A stretch of 64,000 nt of DNA, taken from contig OZ244905.1 of the NCBI GenBank assembly GCA_965221695.1, forward strand, positions 1,280,001 through 1,344,000, written 5' to 3'. This DNA comes from Gammaproteobacteria bacterium (GTDB lineage Bacteria > Pseudomonadota > Gammaproteobacteria > Eutrophobiales > Eutrophobiaceae). Below, piece by piece: positions 1-10,866 of the stretch (positions are counted from its first letter, which is position 1; every line of letters begins with the position of its first letter). The notes beneath the pieces are model-generated. The model saw nothing but the letters and a program-made list of their open reading frames with translations, searched no databases and was not told the DNA's origin. Both the position numbers and the translations under genes were made by a program.

Positions 1-104
1 TGATCCTCAAAGACATAGAATCCAACCAGAGCGGCGATGACGACCAGCGCGGCAATGACCAGTTTTATCAGGTCATATTTCACGTTTACTGTCTCTGAAC
101 TCAT
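1..104 (-). CDS. secE: preprotein translocase subunit SecE, 5' part (runs off window)
   Basis: Manual translation MSSETVNVKYDLIKLVIAALVVIAALVGFYVFED (TM helix); lies directly downstream of tuf-tRNA-Trp. Confidence 0.85.
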   Translation of the reverse strand, partial: MSSETVNVKYDLIKLVIAALVVIAALVGFYVFED

Positions 105-148
105 CAGTCAAACACCAGGCCGCCCCGGTCAGGCGCGGCTTGTCCTGT

Positions 149-224
149 TGGCAGGCCAGGAGGGAATCGAACCCCCAACCTGCGGTTTTGGAGACCGCCG
201 CTCTGCCAATTGAGCTACTGGCCT
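149..224 (-). tRNA. tRNA-Trp (CCA)
   Basis: 76-nt cloverleaf, anticodon loop CTCCAAA, TTCGA T-loop, encoded CCA end. Confidence 0.97.
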
Positions 225-263
225 ATCGAGAATAAACAAAAGATATTTACGGATTACCGCCGG

Positions 264-1454
264 TTATTCGATAATTTTGCTGACCACGCCGGCGCCTACG
301 GTGCGGCCTCCTTCACGGATCGCAAAACGCAAGCCCTCTTCCATCGCGATCGGCGATATCAGGTCCACAACCATGCTGATGTTATCGCCCGGCATCACCA
401 TCTCTGATCCCTCCGGCAAATCCACCGCGCCGGTCACGTCTGTGGTCCGAAAATAAAACTGCGGTCGGTAATTATTGAAAAACGGTGTGTGACGCCCACC
501 CTCTTCCTTGCTCAGCACATACACCTCGCATTCAAACTTCGTATGCGGCGTGATGCTGCCCGGTTTGCAGACCACCTGACCGCGTTCCACATCGGTGCGT
601 TTCGTTCCACGCAGCAATACGCCGACGTTGTCACCGGCCTGGCCTTCGTCCAGCAGCTTGCGAAACATCTCCACGCCTGTGCAAGTAGTTTTGTCGGTGT
701 CGCGTATTCCGACGATTTCCACTTCTTCCCCGACCTTGATTATGCCGCGCTCCACCCGGCCTGTGACGACCGTGCCACGGCCACTGATGGAAAAGACATC
801 TTCGATGGGCAGCAGGAAAGGCTGGTCTACCGGGCGTTCCGGGATCGGAATGTACTCATCCATTGCTTCAATGAGACGGTCGATGGATTTGGCGCCCATT
901 TCACTATCTTCACCGTTCAACGCCTGCAATGCGCTGCCTGTTATCACCGGCGTGTCGTCGCCGGGAAACTCATAGGTGTCAAGCAACTCGCGCACTTCCA
1001 TTTCGACCAGTTCCAGCAATTCTGCATCGTCCACCTGGTCGGCTTTATTCAGGTATACAACTATCTTCGGCACGCCCACCTGGCGCGCCAGCAGGATGTG
1101 TTCACGAGTCTGCGGCATTGGCCCGTCCGCAGCGCTCACTACCAGCACCGCGCCATCCATCTGCGCCGCGCCGGTAATCATGTTCTTGACGTAATCCGCG
1201 TGGCCCGGACAGTCTACATGGGCGTAGTGACGGTTCTCACTCTCATACTCAACGTGCGCAGTCGCAATGGTAATGCCGCGTTCGCGCTCTTCCGGCGCAT
1301 TATCAATCTGGTCATACGCCTTGACTTCACCGCCAAAGCGTTCAGCCATTGACATGGTAATGGCAGCGGTTAAAGTTGTCTTCCCGTGATCTACGTGACC
1401 GATTGTTCCCACGTTGACATGGGGTTTAGTTCGCTGAAATTTTTCCTTGGACAT
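264..1454 (-). CDS. tuf: elongation factor Tu
   Basis: [27 protein letters not shown] motifs; 396 aa. Confidence 0.99.
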   Translation of the reverse strand: MSKEKFQRTKPHVNVGTIGHVDHGKTTLTAAITMSMAERFGGEVKAYDQIDNAPEERERGITIATAHVEYESENRHYAHVDCPGHADYVKNMITGAAQMDGAVLVVSAADGPMPQTREHILLARQVGVPKIVVYLNKADQVDDAELLELVEMEVRELLDTYEFPGDDTPVITGSALQALNGEDSEMGAKSIDRLIEAMDEYIPIPERPVDQPFLLPIEDVFSISGRGTVVTGRVERGIIKVGEEVEIVGIRDTDKTTCTGVEMFRKLLDEGQAGDNVGVLLRGTKRTDVERGQVVCKPGSITPHTKFECEVYVLSKEEGGRHTPFFNNYRPQFYFRTTDVTGAVDLPEGSEMVMPGDNISMVVDLISPIAMEEGLRFAIREGGRTVGAGVVSKIIE

Positions 1455-1495
1455 GCAATATTCTCCTCAGGTTGTTAAACGTAAAATGTCATTCA

Positions 1496-1571
1496 TGGAG
1501 CCCATAACCGGATTTGAACCGGTGACCTCTTCCTTACCAAGGAAGCGCTCTGCCGACTGAGCTATATGGGC
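1496..1571 (-). tRNA. tRNA-Thr (GGT)
   Basis: 76-nt cloverleaf, anticodon loop TTGGTAA, CCA end. Confidence 0.97.
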
Positions 1572-1586
1572 ATCGACCTCAGCTCT

Positions 1587-1660
1587 TGGAGCGGGTGATG
1601 GGAATCGAACCCACGCCGTCAGCTTGGAAGGCTGAAGTTCTACCATTGAACTACACCCGC
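1587..1660 (-). tRNA. tRNA-Gly (TCC)
   Basis: 74-nt cloverleaf, anticodon loop CTTCCAA, CCA end. Confidence 0.97.
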
Positions 1661-1738
1661 CTGGTAAAACTCGCCCGGAAGCGCCACTACGTCGCCGGCA
1701 TCCTGCCTCTGCGCTGTTTTCCTACCCCCTGCGCCAGT

Positions 1739-1823
1739 TGGTGGAGGGGGTAGGATTCGAACCTACGAAGGCTTTGCCAACAGATTTACAGTCTGCCCCC
1801 GTTGACCGCTTGGGTACCCCTCC
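1739..1823 (-). tRNA. tRNA-Tyr (GTA)
   Basis: 85 nt with long variable arm, anticodon loop CTGTAAA, CCA end. Confidence 0.97.
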
Positions 1824-1842
1824 GGGCTTAAGCAAGCCGGTT

Positions 1843-1871
1843 ATTATCATTTATTTGAGTCAAGCTGTCAA
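1843..1871 (-). promoter_or_regulatory. sigma70 promoter of the tRNA-tuf operon
   Basis: TTGACA-17 nt-GATAAT on the minus strand, about 20 nt upstream of tRNA-Tyr. Confidence 0.75.
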
Positions 1872-2011
1872 CATGCAAATCTGCTCGATTCATAAAAAAT
1901 CGAAATTTAAAGAATTGGCGTCCATGTTATGAGGGAATCCAGCAGCAAGTCGGATGAGAGTTAGCCGACTCTATCTTCACGGGGCACAGCAGATCATCCT
2001 ATGGCCGGATC

Positions 2012-2043
2012 TTAGGAGTCTCTGATCAAATCAGAGATTCCCT
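2012..2043. repeat. degenerate hairpin-1 end of repeat family A
   Basis: ttaggagtctctga-tcaaa-tcagagattccct resembles taaggaacctctga-ttaag-tcagaggttcct. Confidence 0.6.
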
Positions 2044-2048
2044 CAGTG

Positions 2049-3341
2049 TCAACCCCGCGCATCAGCGAAAACCACTCGGGCCAGCAGAGAATAACATAAT
2101 GCGGCGCTTAACATGGAGTCGAATGCAGATACAGTCGTCAAGGTAATATAGCCCTGCACGCTTGCGATACCCACCAGGAACCCTGCTCCCCAGGCCAGGA
2201 ACGCCGGGATATTATAGGCTGGGAGTAACGCAAGCTTCTCAGCCGTGTAGTTTTGCTTGTTGACAATAAAAAAGTCACAGATATAGATGCCGCAAAGACT
2301 CGGAATACAGATTCCCAACACGCTGATATACGGAATAAAGAAAGTCACGATGTCAAATACCGACAGCAATGTGGCCAGGACGCCAAACAACGCTGCGCTC
2401 CACCAGAACTTTATCCGCTTCATGGAGGCGGCTACCGACAAGCCGGCCGAATAAAGCATCCCTACATTGCTGGACACCGTGGAAAAAACCAGTACCACTA
2501 ACGCGCCCACACCGATACCTAGGGAAAGCATGATTTTGATCAAGTCCTGTTCTCCGGACAGTACGCTGGGTATCGCGGTAACCGTCAACACAGTTGGAAA
2601 TGAAATGCCCAATGCCAGGTAAACTGCGATAAGCGCCCGCCTTTCGTGGCGCGCATAGCGCAAGTAATCAGGCAAAGTGACAATACCGCCGCTGTAAGCG
2701 CCAATCACAATTGACATTGCGCCGCCGACACCCAACGTGCCGGCGCCGGCGCCGTACAATCCCTCGATATTGCCCGCTGCCAACGCCTTGTATGCGCCAT
2801 ACAACAGGATGGCTGCGAGTATCGGCACCACCAGCAAAGCCATTTTCTCTATTGCATGGAAGCCGTAGATAGTAATCCCCACCATCAGCAACCCGCCGCT
2901 TACGGCAAGCCAGTGCGCGGATATATCCGCGCCGGTAACGATGGAGACTATCTCCCGGGTCGCTGCGCCAAACAGGTTGCACAGTATCGCAAACCAGAAA
3001 AACATCACCAGCGCTATCAGGATATTGGCAAAGCGATAGCCGCTGGCGCCGAATGAATAACGAAGTATCAGGTAGGTCGACAACTTGGAACGTGTGCCTA
3101 CCATAGCGGCCAACACCCCGGTGACCGCCAACACCTGGCAACCCAGAATAAAACCGACCACACCAGGATAGAACCCCGCGCCCTCGCTGATTTTTGATGC
3201 CATCAAAAACCCCGGAACTGCGATGGTGCCGCCGATAATGATGACGGCAATACGATAGGCGCTGGCGCGATCATTTTCCGGCACAGGCTGGTGGGAATAA
3301 TCGTCGCCAGGGTAGAACCTGGAACCGGAACCCGCAGTCAA
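2049..3341 (-). CDS. NCS1/CodB-like purine-cytosine permease
   Basis: About 12 TM segments, PDYLRYAR motif, GIYICDFF, AFLAWGAG. Confidence 0.85.
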   Translation of the reverse strand: MTAGSGSRFYPGDDYSHQPVPENDRASAYRIAVIIIGGTIAVPGFLMASKISEGAGFYPGVVGFILGCQVLAVTGVLAAMVGTRSKLSTYLILRYSFGASGYRFANILIALVMFFWFAILCNLFGAATREIVSIVTGADISAHWLAVSGGLLMVGITIYGFHAIEKMALLVVPILAAILLYGAYKALAAGNIEGLYGAGAGTLGVGGAMSIVIGAYSGGIVTLPDYLRYARHERRALIAVYLALGISFPTVLTVTAIPSVLSGEQDLIKIMLSLGIGVGALVVLVFSTVSSNVGMLYSAGLSVAASMKRIKFWWSAALFGVLATLLSVFDIVTFFIPYISVLGICIPSLCGIYICDFFIVNKQNYTAEKLALLPAYNIPAFLAWGAGFLVGIASVQGYITLTTVSAFDSMLSAALCYSLLARVVFADARG

Positions 3342-5041
3342 CGCTTTCTCAATCCGGCAGTGGCTTTTGCGTCCACCGCGTTGTCTCTTATCACAACCTT
3401 GTAAACCTGCTCCGCTGCCTGTATGGACACATAACCATCCAGGACATCGTCAAGCACGCATTGCGGATCGCGTTCAGTGGCCAGGCCATAACCACCCCCG
3501 CCGGCGGAAATACTGATAACCTGATCCCCCACCGCAACAGCAGTCCTGTATGTGCCCACCGTCCTAGCTTTTTCCGTGCCCGGGAACAGATTGAATGCGT
3601 TGGGTTCCGGACTGAGACCACCCGCCAAGGCCCAAGGGCGTGTTTTACTTTTCTTGGTGATCGACAAAAAATGCCCCGGCCAGACAAACCGGATATCCCT
3701 GTGTATTCCCAGCCCGCCCCGGTATTTCCCGGCTCCGCCACTGTCGCAGCGCAATTCTACCCGCTCAAACTGCATGCCTGTTTTTGCTTCGAGCGCCTCG
3801 ATTGGCGTGTTACGCACCATGGTGGTTGAAACATGGTTCAACGCATTGGCGCCGTCATGATCGGCCGCCGCGCCCCAGCCGACGGGCTCATTATTGCTTA
3901 GCGCATAAGGCCGGCCGCTATTTGCGTCATTACCGTACATCATAAACCCGGGCACATCGCCGCCGGAACAAGCGGCGATACGCGCCGGCAAGGCTTTTGC
4001 CAGCGCTTTGAATATGAGTTCCAACGCTACCATGGCCGACCACAACGTATAGGTGGCAGCCGGATAAACAGCATGAAACAGGTTTCCCGGCGGGGCGATT
4101 ACCTCGAGTGGACGGAAACAACCGGCATTGCTCGGATGCGTGGGCGCCGTCAAGATTTTCAGGGCCACTTTACAAACGGTCTGGGTCAAGCCGTAAGGAA
4201 TATTGACAGGCCCGGTTACCGCATCCGGGGAGTCGCTGAAGTCCACGATAAACCTTTCATCTTCGACACTCACCCTGACACGCAGCGGAATAATATCATC
4301 GTTTATTCCATCATCATCTATCAGGTCCTCGGCCTCCCAGGTACCGTTGGGTATACTCAACAATGCCTTCCTCGTCACCCTCTCACCATAGTCAAGGATC
4401 CCGGCTATAGCCTGCTCCAGGGCTTGCTTGCCGAATTTAGCCCGTATCTGTCGCAAACGCCTGATCCCTGCTTGTGAAGCCGCCACTTGTGCGTCCAGGT
4501 CGCCGAGGACATTTTCAGGCAGGCGGGAATTAAAACGAATAATGTCCAGCATTTCCTTATCCGGTTTGCCCCGTTTATACACCTTGACAGCCGGCAGGAT
4601 TAAACCTTCCTGGTGCATATCAGTAGAATCAAGCACATAACCCGGGTCTTTGGCGCCCAGGTCCAGCCAATGGGCGCGAATACAGGTAAATGCGAAAGGC
4701 TTATCCTCGCCCTCATCAAAGACGGGGGCAAACAGGGCCACATCAGCCACATGCGCTGAGCTCCAGTAAGGATAATTCAATACGATGATATCCCCGGGTT
4801 CCATGTTCTCCAGGCCGATACGTTCGCAGCCCTTTTTAACGGCATAATCATTTGCTCCGAGAAAGAAAGCGAGTCCGGGCGCATCGGCGATCAACTCCAA
4901 TTCGCAGTTGTAGATGGAGATGCCAAAATCGAGCACTTCGTAAATGACCGGACTGAAGGCCGTGCGTATCAGCGTGCGCCGCATTTCTTCAGCCGCCGAA
5001 TTAAGATAACTGTGAATTACGCCAATTGTTGAGCTATCCAT
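3338..5041 (-). CDS. hydantoinase B / 5-oxoprolinase beta subunit
   Basis: RTAFSPVIYEVLDF, HWLDLG, DSGGAGKYRGGLG, GGGGYG; overlaps both neighbours. Confidence 0.92.
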   Translation of the reverse strand: MDSSTIGVIHSYLNSAAEEMRRTLIRTAFSPVIYEVLDFGISIYNCELELIADAPGLAFFLGANDYAVKKGCERIGLENMEPGDIIVLNYPYWSSAHVADVALFAPVFDEGEDKPFAFTCIRAHWLDLGAKDPGYVLDSTDMHQEGLILPAVKVYKRGKPDKEMLDIIRFNSRLPENVLGDLDAQVAASQAGIRRLRQIRAKFGKQALEQAIAGILDYGERVTRKALLSIPNGTWEAEDLIDDDGINDDIIPLRVRVSVEDERFIVDFSDSPDAVTGPVNIPYGLTQTVCKVALKILTAPTHPSNAGCFRPLEVIAPPGNLFHAVYPAATYTLWSAMVALELIFKALAKALPARIAACSGGDVPGFMMYGNDANSGRPYALSNNEPVGWGAAADHDGANALNHVSTTMVRNTPIEALEAKTGMQFERVELRCDSGGAGKYRGGLGIHRDIRFVWPGHFLSITKKSKTRPWALAGGLSPEPNAFNLFPGTEKARTVGTYRTAVAVGDQVISISAGGGGYGLATERDPQCVLDDVLDGYVSIQAAEQVYKVVIRDNAVDAKATAGLRKR

Positions 5042-7088
5042 TGATATTGCCAGGTGTATGAATCAGCAGGTGGCCAAAGTCATCAACGTGACAGGTTTGA
5101 CCAGTGAATATCACCGCCGTTGCGGTGCCGTCATCGATAATGGCAGGGCCGTCCAGGCGTGCGCCCGGTCGCAACCGGCGCCGTTCAACAACGGAAAAAT
5201 CTTTCAGCTTTCTATCCGCGAAACAATACGCGTTACGCCTGCTGTCAGGTATCTCACTCCCTGCGTCGGCGCTAGTACCATTCAATTTTTTCAATTCCGG
5301 CTTGGCGCCGTGGCCAAAACCGGATACGCGCAGGTTGACCAGTTCCAGCGGATAATCGGTTTTGTGTCCGTAACGTTGTTCGTGAGCCGCGTCAAAAAGC
5401 GTATGTAGGGTTTCACAAGACGGCATACCCTCCACCTGTATTTTGAGCGTATGTTCCTGCCCCAGGTAACGCATTTCCAGGAACCGAAGTAATGTTTGCT
5501 GTTCGACTTTTGCGCCCTGGGCCGCCAGGTTATCCCTTGTCTCGATTTCCAAGGCTTGCAGGGTTTTCTCCAGTTCGGCCAATACTGAGCGCTTGATTTC
5601 CACGAGAAACGTCTGTGACACATCCGTAGCCAGGTCTGACATCAGCATGCCCCAGGCTGAAAATGCCGCCGGCACAGTCGGGATAATGGTGTCGGGTATA
5701 GCCATTTCCAGCGCCAATAACGGCGCAATCATCGGGCCGGCGCCGCCATAAGCAAGGATAGTCAACTCTTTTGGGTCCTTGCCCTGTTCTACCGTAATCT
5801 CACGCACTGCGCCTTCGGTCTGCGCCACCAATACGGAAAAAACACCCGCCGCAGTCTGTAACACATCGGTTTCCATCTCGCTTGCGAGTTGGGTTTCCAG
5901 TCCTTCACGCGCGGCGGCCACATCCAGGCGCAACTGGCCCTTGAGAAAATTATCCGCATCGATATATCCAAGCAGCAACGCGGCATCCGTCAAGGTTGGT
6001 TGAGTCCCGCCACGGCCATACGCAATCGGACCGGGCTCGGCCCCGGCGCTGTGCGGACCCAACCTGAGCATACCTTCTTCATGCCAGGCAATAGAACCGC
6101 CGCCTGCGCCAATGCAACTGATATCATAGCCGGACACCAGGACCGGAATATTTTGCAGTCGGGTTTCGTGTATCACACTGGGTTGCGCATCATCGAGCAC
6201 GCAGGCATCCAAGCTGGTGCCACCAAAGTCCATAGTCAATACACGCGCTATGTTTAAGCGCTGTGCCAGGTAAGATGCGCCGATGATACCCCCGGCCGGC
6301 CCGGACATGACACTATCGAGAGGCCGTTGTTTTGCCGCAGTCGCCGTCATCGTGCCGCCGCTGCTGCGCATTACCAGGAATTTTCCGTTAAACCCCCTAC
6401 CTTCCAATGCGGTCTGCAAATTGTCGATATATTTCTCGAAGATAGGGCGAATATACGCATCCAATACGGTAGTACAAGTACGTTCATATTCGCGGTACTC
6501 ACGCGCTATACGGCACGACACGGACACGGCAACAGTCGGAAAATTGTCCTTGATTATCCTCGCAACCTGTAGCTCATGGGCCGGGTTTTTGTATGAATGC
6601 AAGCAGCAAATCGCGATCGATTCAACAGCCTGTTCCGCAATCATCGCGTTGACCGTGTCTACAACAGCTTGTTCATCCAGCTCGACCTCAACCTCACCGC
6701 TGACGTTGATGCGACCGGGCACGCCGGCAACACAACGGCGCTTGACCAGGGGGTCGGGACGCTGGTAGTGCAGGTTGTAGGCATGTTCGGGCGGCAATGC
6801 GCCGCGCCCCAATTCAAAGATATCCCTGAAGCCTTCGTTGGTTACGATGCCTGTGCGCGCGCCGCGGCGTTCAATGATGGCATTCAGTCCCAACGTGGTC
6901 CCATGGACAATGATCCCTGTATCTGCAAGGTCTATTTCGAGCCGATCGATCGCATTCAATACCCCGGCAGGCAAATCCTGGGGCGTGGTCAGCGCCTTCT
7001 CGAGCCGGGTCTCACCGGTTTCTTCATTGAAAAGAATCGCATCGACAAAAGTGCCGCCGATATCGACGCCTATGCTGTATTTCCCCAT
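5034..7088 (-). CDS. hydantoinase A / 5-oxoprolinase alpha (ATP-binding) subunit
   Basis: GVDIGGTFVD, HGTTLGLNA, REYER, SGPAGG, DFGGTSLD, IGAGGGSIA. Confidence 0.92.
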   Translation of the reverse strand: MGKYSIGVDIGGTFVDAILFNEETGETRLEKALTTPQDLPAGVLNAIDRLEIDLADTGIIVHGTTLGLNAIIERRGARTGIVTNEGFRDIFELGRGALPPEHAYNLHYQRPDPLVKRRCVAGVPGRINVSGEVEVELDEQAVVDTVNAMIAEQAVESIAICCLHSYKNPAHELQVARIIKDNFPTVAVSVSCRIAREYREYERTCTTVLDAYIRPIFEKYIDNLQTALEGRGFNGKFLVMRSSGGTMTATAAKQRPLDSVMSGPAGGIIGASYLAQRLNIARVLTMDFGGTSLDACVLDDAQPSVIHETRLQNIPVLVSGYDISCIGAGGGSIAWHEEGMLRLGPHSAGAEPGPIAYGRGGTQPTLTDAALLLGYIDADNFLKGQLRLDVAAAREGLETQLASEMETDVLQTAAGVFSVLVAQTEGAVREITVEQGKDPKELTILAYGGAGPMIAPLLALEMAIPDTIIPTVPAAFSAWGMLMSDLATDVSQTFLVEIKRSVLAELEKTLQALEIETRDNLAAQGAKVEQQTLLRFLEMRYLGQEHTLKIQVEGMPSCETLHTLFDAAHEQRYGHKTDYPLELVNLRVSGFGHGAKPELKKLNGTSADAGSEIPDSRRNAYCFADRKLKDFSVVERRRLRPGARLDGPAIIDDGTATAVIFTGQTCHVDDFGHLLIHTPGNING

Positions 7089-8345
7089 TTACCGATCATC
7101 CCTGATCACAGTTCCACCTTGCATGACAAAAAATATGTTTCTCAAGTTGCCGAGGTCGTCAACAGGATTTCCTGGCGTGGCGATAAAGTCGGCCCTGGCT
7201 CCGGGTTTGATGACGCCAAGGCTGTCATCATTCAGCAGCTTCGCCGCATTCACGGTCGCAGTCTGGAGCGCCTGTAACGGACTCAATCCGACATCCAGGT
7301 AATGTTCCAGTTCACGAATCCCAACGGGTATCCCGTCATCAATATCGCCCGGTGGGATATCCGTTCCGCTTACCAGGGTAACCCCTGCGTCCACAGCGTT
7401 TTTTATACTCTGCAAGTGATCGGAAGAAGCGGACATTGCCTTGCAGATAGTCCATTTCTCGAAACCATGCTCTTGCATCCAGTCTTTGGAACGGGTCACA
7501 CTGAGTGTAGGCACGATAAACGCATCAGCTTCTTTGAGCGCTGCGGCTGCCGACTTGTCCAGGTTGTATGCATGTTCAAAACAGCGCACGCCGGCCTTCA
7601 GCCCGGCCATAATCGGTTCGGAGTCGCCGGCATGGGCGCATACATAGGTGCCCTTGCTCCGGGCAACCTCGACCGTGGCTCGAATTTCTTCAGCGGACAT
7701 TTGCGCTTCGGAGAACGTTTCGTCCTTGTGAGCGATGCCGCCGGTCAGGAATATCTTGATATGGTTTGCGCCCGCCAGCAGGTCAAGCCGGCACTTCTTC
7801 CGAAAATCATCCGCCCCATCCGCTTCGGCGGTAAACCCATGACCATGGCCCCCACTCACGGAAACCCCTAGACCGGCAGAAAAAATGCGCGGGCCGGTCA
7901 CCCAACCGGCGCCAATTGACTTGCGCAATGCAATATCGGCGCGGTTCAACTCGCCCACCGTGCGCACCGTGGTAATACCGGCCTGCAATGCATCCTGTCC
8001 CCTGCGATAAGCGCGATAGGCGGACAGGGCCGGATCCTCATTGGGATCACTCAAATGAAACGGGAAGATAATCGTCAGGTGGGTATGACAACTGATCAAG
8101 CCGGGCAAGAGATACGCGCCGCGCATGTTGATAATCGCGGAGTTACCGCTTTCGTCTGCTGCGCTATCGACGGCCATAATCCTGCCGTCGGCCAGTGTAA
8201 CCGCGGCCGCACGAACATGCCCGCTCTGCACATCAACAACGCGACAATTATTAAGGATGGTCGTCAAGGCAAGATAGACCCGCACGCATTTTTCAGTATT
8301 GGTAAAAGTATATCCATTTGACGAAATTGCCTTAACTGATACCAA
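7089..8345 (-). CDS. metal-dependent amidohydrolase (Xaa-Pro dipeptidase-like); start uncertain, possibly TTG at 8267
   Basis: PGLISCHTH (HxH), GITTVR, KIFLTGG, AHA, EHA, GTD, G.RAD motifs. Confidence 0.85.
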   Translation of the reverse strand: MVSVKAISSNGYTFTNTEKCVRVYLALTTILNNCRVVDVQSGHVRAAAVTLADGRIMAVDSAADESGNSAIINMRGAYLLPGLISCHTHLTIIFPFHLSDPNEDPALSAYRAYRRGQDALQAGITTVRTVGELNRADIALRKSIGAGWVTGPRIFSAGLGVSVSGGHGHGFTAEADGADDFRKKCRLDLLAGANHIKIFLTGGIAHKDETFSEAQMSAEEIRATVEVARSKGTYVCAHAGDSEPIMAGLKAGVRCFEHAYNLDKSAAAALKEADAFIVPTLSVTRSKDWMQEHGFEKWTICKAMSASSDHLQSIKNAVDAGVTLVSGTDIPPGDIDDGIPVGIRELEHYLDVGLSPLQALQTATVNAAKLLNDDSLGVIKPGARADFIATPGNPVDDLGNLRNIFFVMQGGTVIRDDR

Positions 8346-8533
8346 GTACTATACTACAATTCAAGCAGTATCAGAACTGTTCTGTCCCAACAGCAACAGC
8401 TCCTGCTGATTATAACGCGAAAGAATTCAGGCGCTGTTTTGCCGTAACAAGCGCCAGCGCTTAACGCTAGAAGGATTAACTGTCGCATGCTTATCGAGGT
8501 AACACTGTTCGTATAGTATACGGAGGGGGTCAC

Positions 8534-10624
8534 ATGTATTTAAGCAACAACGTATCACAACTTTTCCTGTTCAAATTCCCGCGCATGGGACAACTGCTTA
8601 CGCTGGTTTTTCTCATTTGCATGCTTGCGCCTCCGGTTCCGGTCAAGGCCCAAACCGGTCTGGTCATTGAAGAAATTGTCGTCACCTCCAGAAAACGTGA
8701 AGAAAACCTGCGAGACATTCCCGATTCGCTGACCGTCTTCAGCGATACTGTCATCGAAAGGGCAAATATCACCAGCATTCGCGATTTTGCCGATTTAACA
8801 CCCAACCTGACAATCATCGACCAACTCCGTCCCGGCACCCAGACCATGACGATACGAGGGATGACTACTGTGCAGAACGGTGAATTGCCGGTTGCGTTTA
8901 TTGTCGATGGGGTCAATGCGCCCTCGATGAATTTCATCAACCAGGAATTGGTTGATATCGAGCGTATCGAAGTATTGCGCGGGCCCCAGGGCACCTTGTA
9001 TGGCCGCGGCGCGGTAGGCGGGGCAATCAACATTATTACCAAATCACCGTCAGATGATTTGGAGATCAAGGCTAAAGCATCCTATGGCCGTGGCGATGCG
9101 CTGTTTGCCGGCGCCACGGTGTCTGCGCCACTCAGCGAGACTATGCGCCTGCGGGTCTCAGCCAGCCACCGGGATGAAGACGGACTGATCGATAATGTCG
9201 GCGCGGGAACCGAAGCCGATCCGATCAACGAGCAATCAGTCCAGGGCCGGCTTACTTTCCAGCCAACGGACAAGCTCTCCTTTGACCTGCGCGGCCGTTA
9301 CCTGAACGGTGATGCCGGGGGCATCTACCTGGTCACGATTACCACCGATCAAATTGACGACTTCTCCATACCCGTCAGCAGCAACCTGAATGGCGAAGAC
9401 GAGCGCACGATAGGCTCCACCTCACTGAAGATCGATTATACCTTTGATAACGGCATCACACTGACATCGATCAGCGCCTACAATGAAACGGACTCCTACT
9501 TTTTCGGCGATGGCGACTTCTCCACCGCCACCTTGTTTGCCCAATGGTGGGAAATCGATGTCGAAGCCTTTAACCAGGAATTGCGGTTGACATCCGCCGG
9601 CGATAGCTCTTTGCGCTGGATTCTGGGCGGCTTTTACCAGGACAGGGAAGACAAGGAATTTACCGATTTTGGCCTTGAAGCGCCGGGACCATCGGTAATT
9701 CCATTTCCGGGTGGCTCCAGGGAAGTCCGGGATAGAGAATCATGGGCAGTTTTCGGACAGGTAGACTACGACATCACCGAACAACTGGCATTGTCAGCAG
9801 GCCTGCGTTACGACGAGGAGGACAATACAACTGATCTCGGCCAGTTGGGAATTACCCCGAGTAAAACCTTTAACGAGTGGCAACCAAAGGTCTCGCTATC
9901 GTATGACTGGAATGAAAACCTGATGACTTATTTCACCTTTGCCCGCGGTTTTCGTCCGGGTGGTTTTTCAAACAGTTCAGGCGTGCTTTATGAAAACGAA
10001 GTATCCGATAACTTTGAGATTGGCGCCAAGGCTTTCATGCTGGACTCGCGCGTGCAATTATCCGCTGCGGTGTTCTATATCGACTTTAACGATCAGCAGC
10101 ATTTCTTTTCCCGCGTCACGCCAGCCGGGGTGCAACGTTTTATCATCAATATTGCGGAGACCACCAATATCGGCGCCGAGGTGGAATTGGCCTTAAGAGT
10201 GGTTGAGGGGCTGGATTTGAACTTCGGTTTTGGTCTGACCGACACTGAAATAGACGATTTTGACGGTTCCGGAATGTTTGAGGGCAATAACACGCCACAG
10301 GTCAATAACTTTTCGATCAATGCCTCAGCCCAATACACAAAACCTGTCTCCGGTCCCTGGCAACTGGTCGGACGGCTGGATTATGAACATCGCGGCGAAG
10401 TCGACTGGGACCTGAACAACTATGTGACGACACCGAGCAAGAACTACCTCAACTTGTACGCGGCAATTGAGAATGCTAACTGGTCGTTGTTCGTCTTCGG
10501 AAAAAACGTTCTGGATGAGCAACAACCGACAGCAATGGGAACCGATGTATTCGGCCCCGGCATCCATCTGAGAACGCCAAGCAGGCCAGCGTCCTACGGG
10601 GTCGGGATAAAAGCGGATTATTAG
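8534..10624 (+). CDS. TonB-dependent receptor
   Basis: Signal peptide, EEIVVTSRKRE TonB box, IEVLRGPQGTLYG plug, C-terminal aromatic residue; GGAGG RBS. Confidence 0.93.
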   Translation: MYLSNNVSQLFLFKFPRMGQLLTLVFLICMLAPPVPVKAQTGLVIEEIVVTSRKREENLRDIPDSLTVFSDTVIERANITSIRDFADLTPNLTIIDQLRPGTQTMTIRGMTTVQNGELPVAFIVDGVNAPSMNFINQELVDIERIEVLRGPQGTLYGRGAVGGAINIITKSPSDDLEIKAKASYGRGDALFAGATVSAPLSETMRLRVSASHRDEDGLIDNVGAGTEADPINEQSVQGRLTFQPTDKLSFDLRGRYLNGDAGGIYLVTITTDQIDDFSIPVSSNLNGEDERTIGSTSLKIDYTFDNGITLTSISAYNETDSYFFGDGDFSTATLFAQWWEIDVEAFNQELRLTSAGDSSLRWILGGFYQDREDKEFTDFGLEAPGPSVIPFPGGSREVRDRESWAVFGQVDYDITEQLALSAGLRYDEEDNTTDLGQLGITPSKTFNEWQPKVSLSYDWNENLMTYFTFARGFRPGGFSNSSGVLYENEVSDNFEIGAKAFMLDSRVQLSAAVFYIDFNDQQHFFSRVTPAGVQRFIINIAETTNIGAEVELALRVVEGLDLNFGFGLTDTEIDDFDGSGMFEGNNTPQVNNFSINASAQYTKPVSGPWQLVGRLDYEHRGEVDWDLNNYVTTPSKNYLNLYAAIENANWSLFVFGKNVLDEQQPTAMGTDVFGPGIHLRTPSRPASYGVGIKADY

Positions 10625-10717
10625 TCCAGCCCGGACTTCTCACAAGTTCGCGAGCCCGGATGGCGCCCAAGCGGCGACAGGAGGCCTTTAGCCCGGCTTT
10701 ATCCATAAGCTTTCATC

Positions 10718-10802
10718 ATTTTACCCCTACTTTTTACGTTTTTCTCGTATTTTTACCCTTACTTTTTACATTATTATATGTTATTTTGCCCCTACTTTAT
10801 AC
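10718..10802. promoter_or_regulatory. three 20-bp direct repeats (TTTTACCCCTACTTTTTAC-like) at 32-33 bp period upstream of the ATPase gene
   Basis: Copies at 10718, 10750 and 10783. Confidence 0.6.
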
Positions 10803-10866
10803 ATAAAGACTTGGCTGGCCGAAATAGCACGGCTATTGGAAAACTGATTGCTACTAATAAAACCGG

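Noticed and set aside
1739-2049. tRNA-targeted genomic island
   Set aside because: Accessory DNA lies 5' of the tRNA operon; no duplicated tRNA 3' end or integrase was seen
10718-10802. Periodic repeats as a mini CRISPR array
   Set aside because: Repeats are 20 bp and imperfect, spacers are only 12-13 bp, and no cas genes are present
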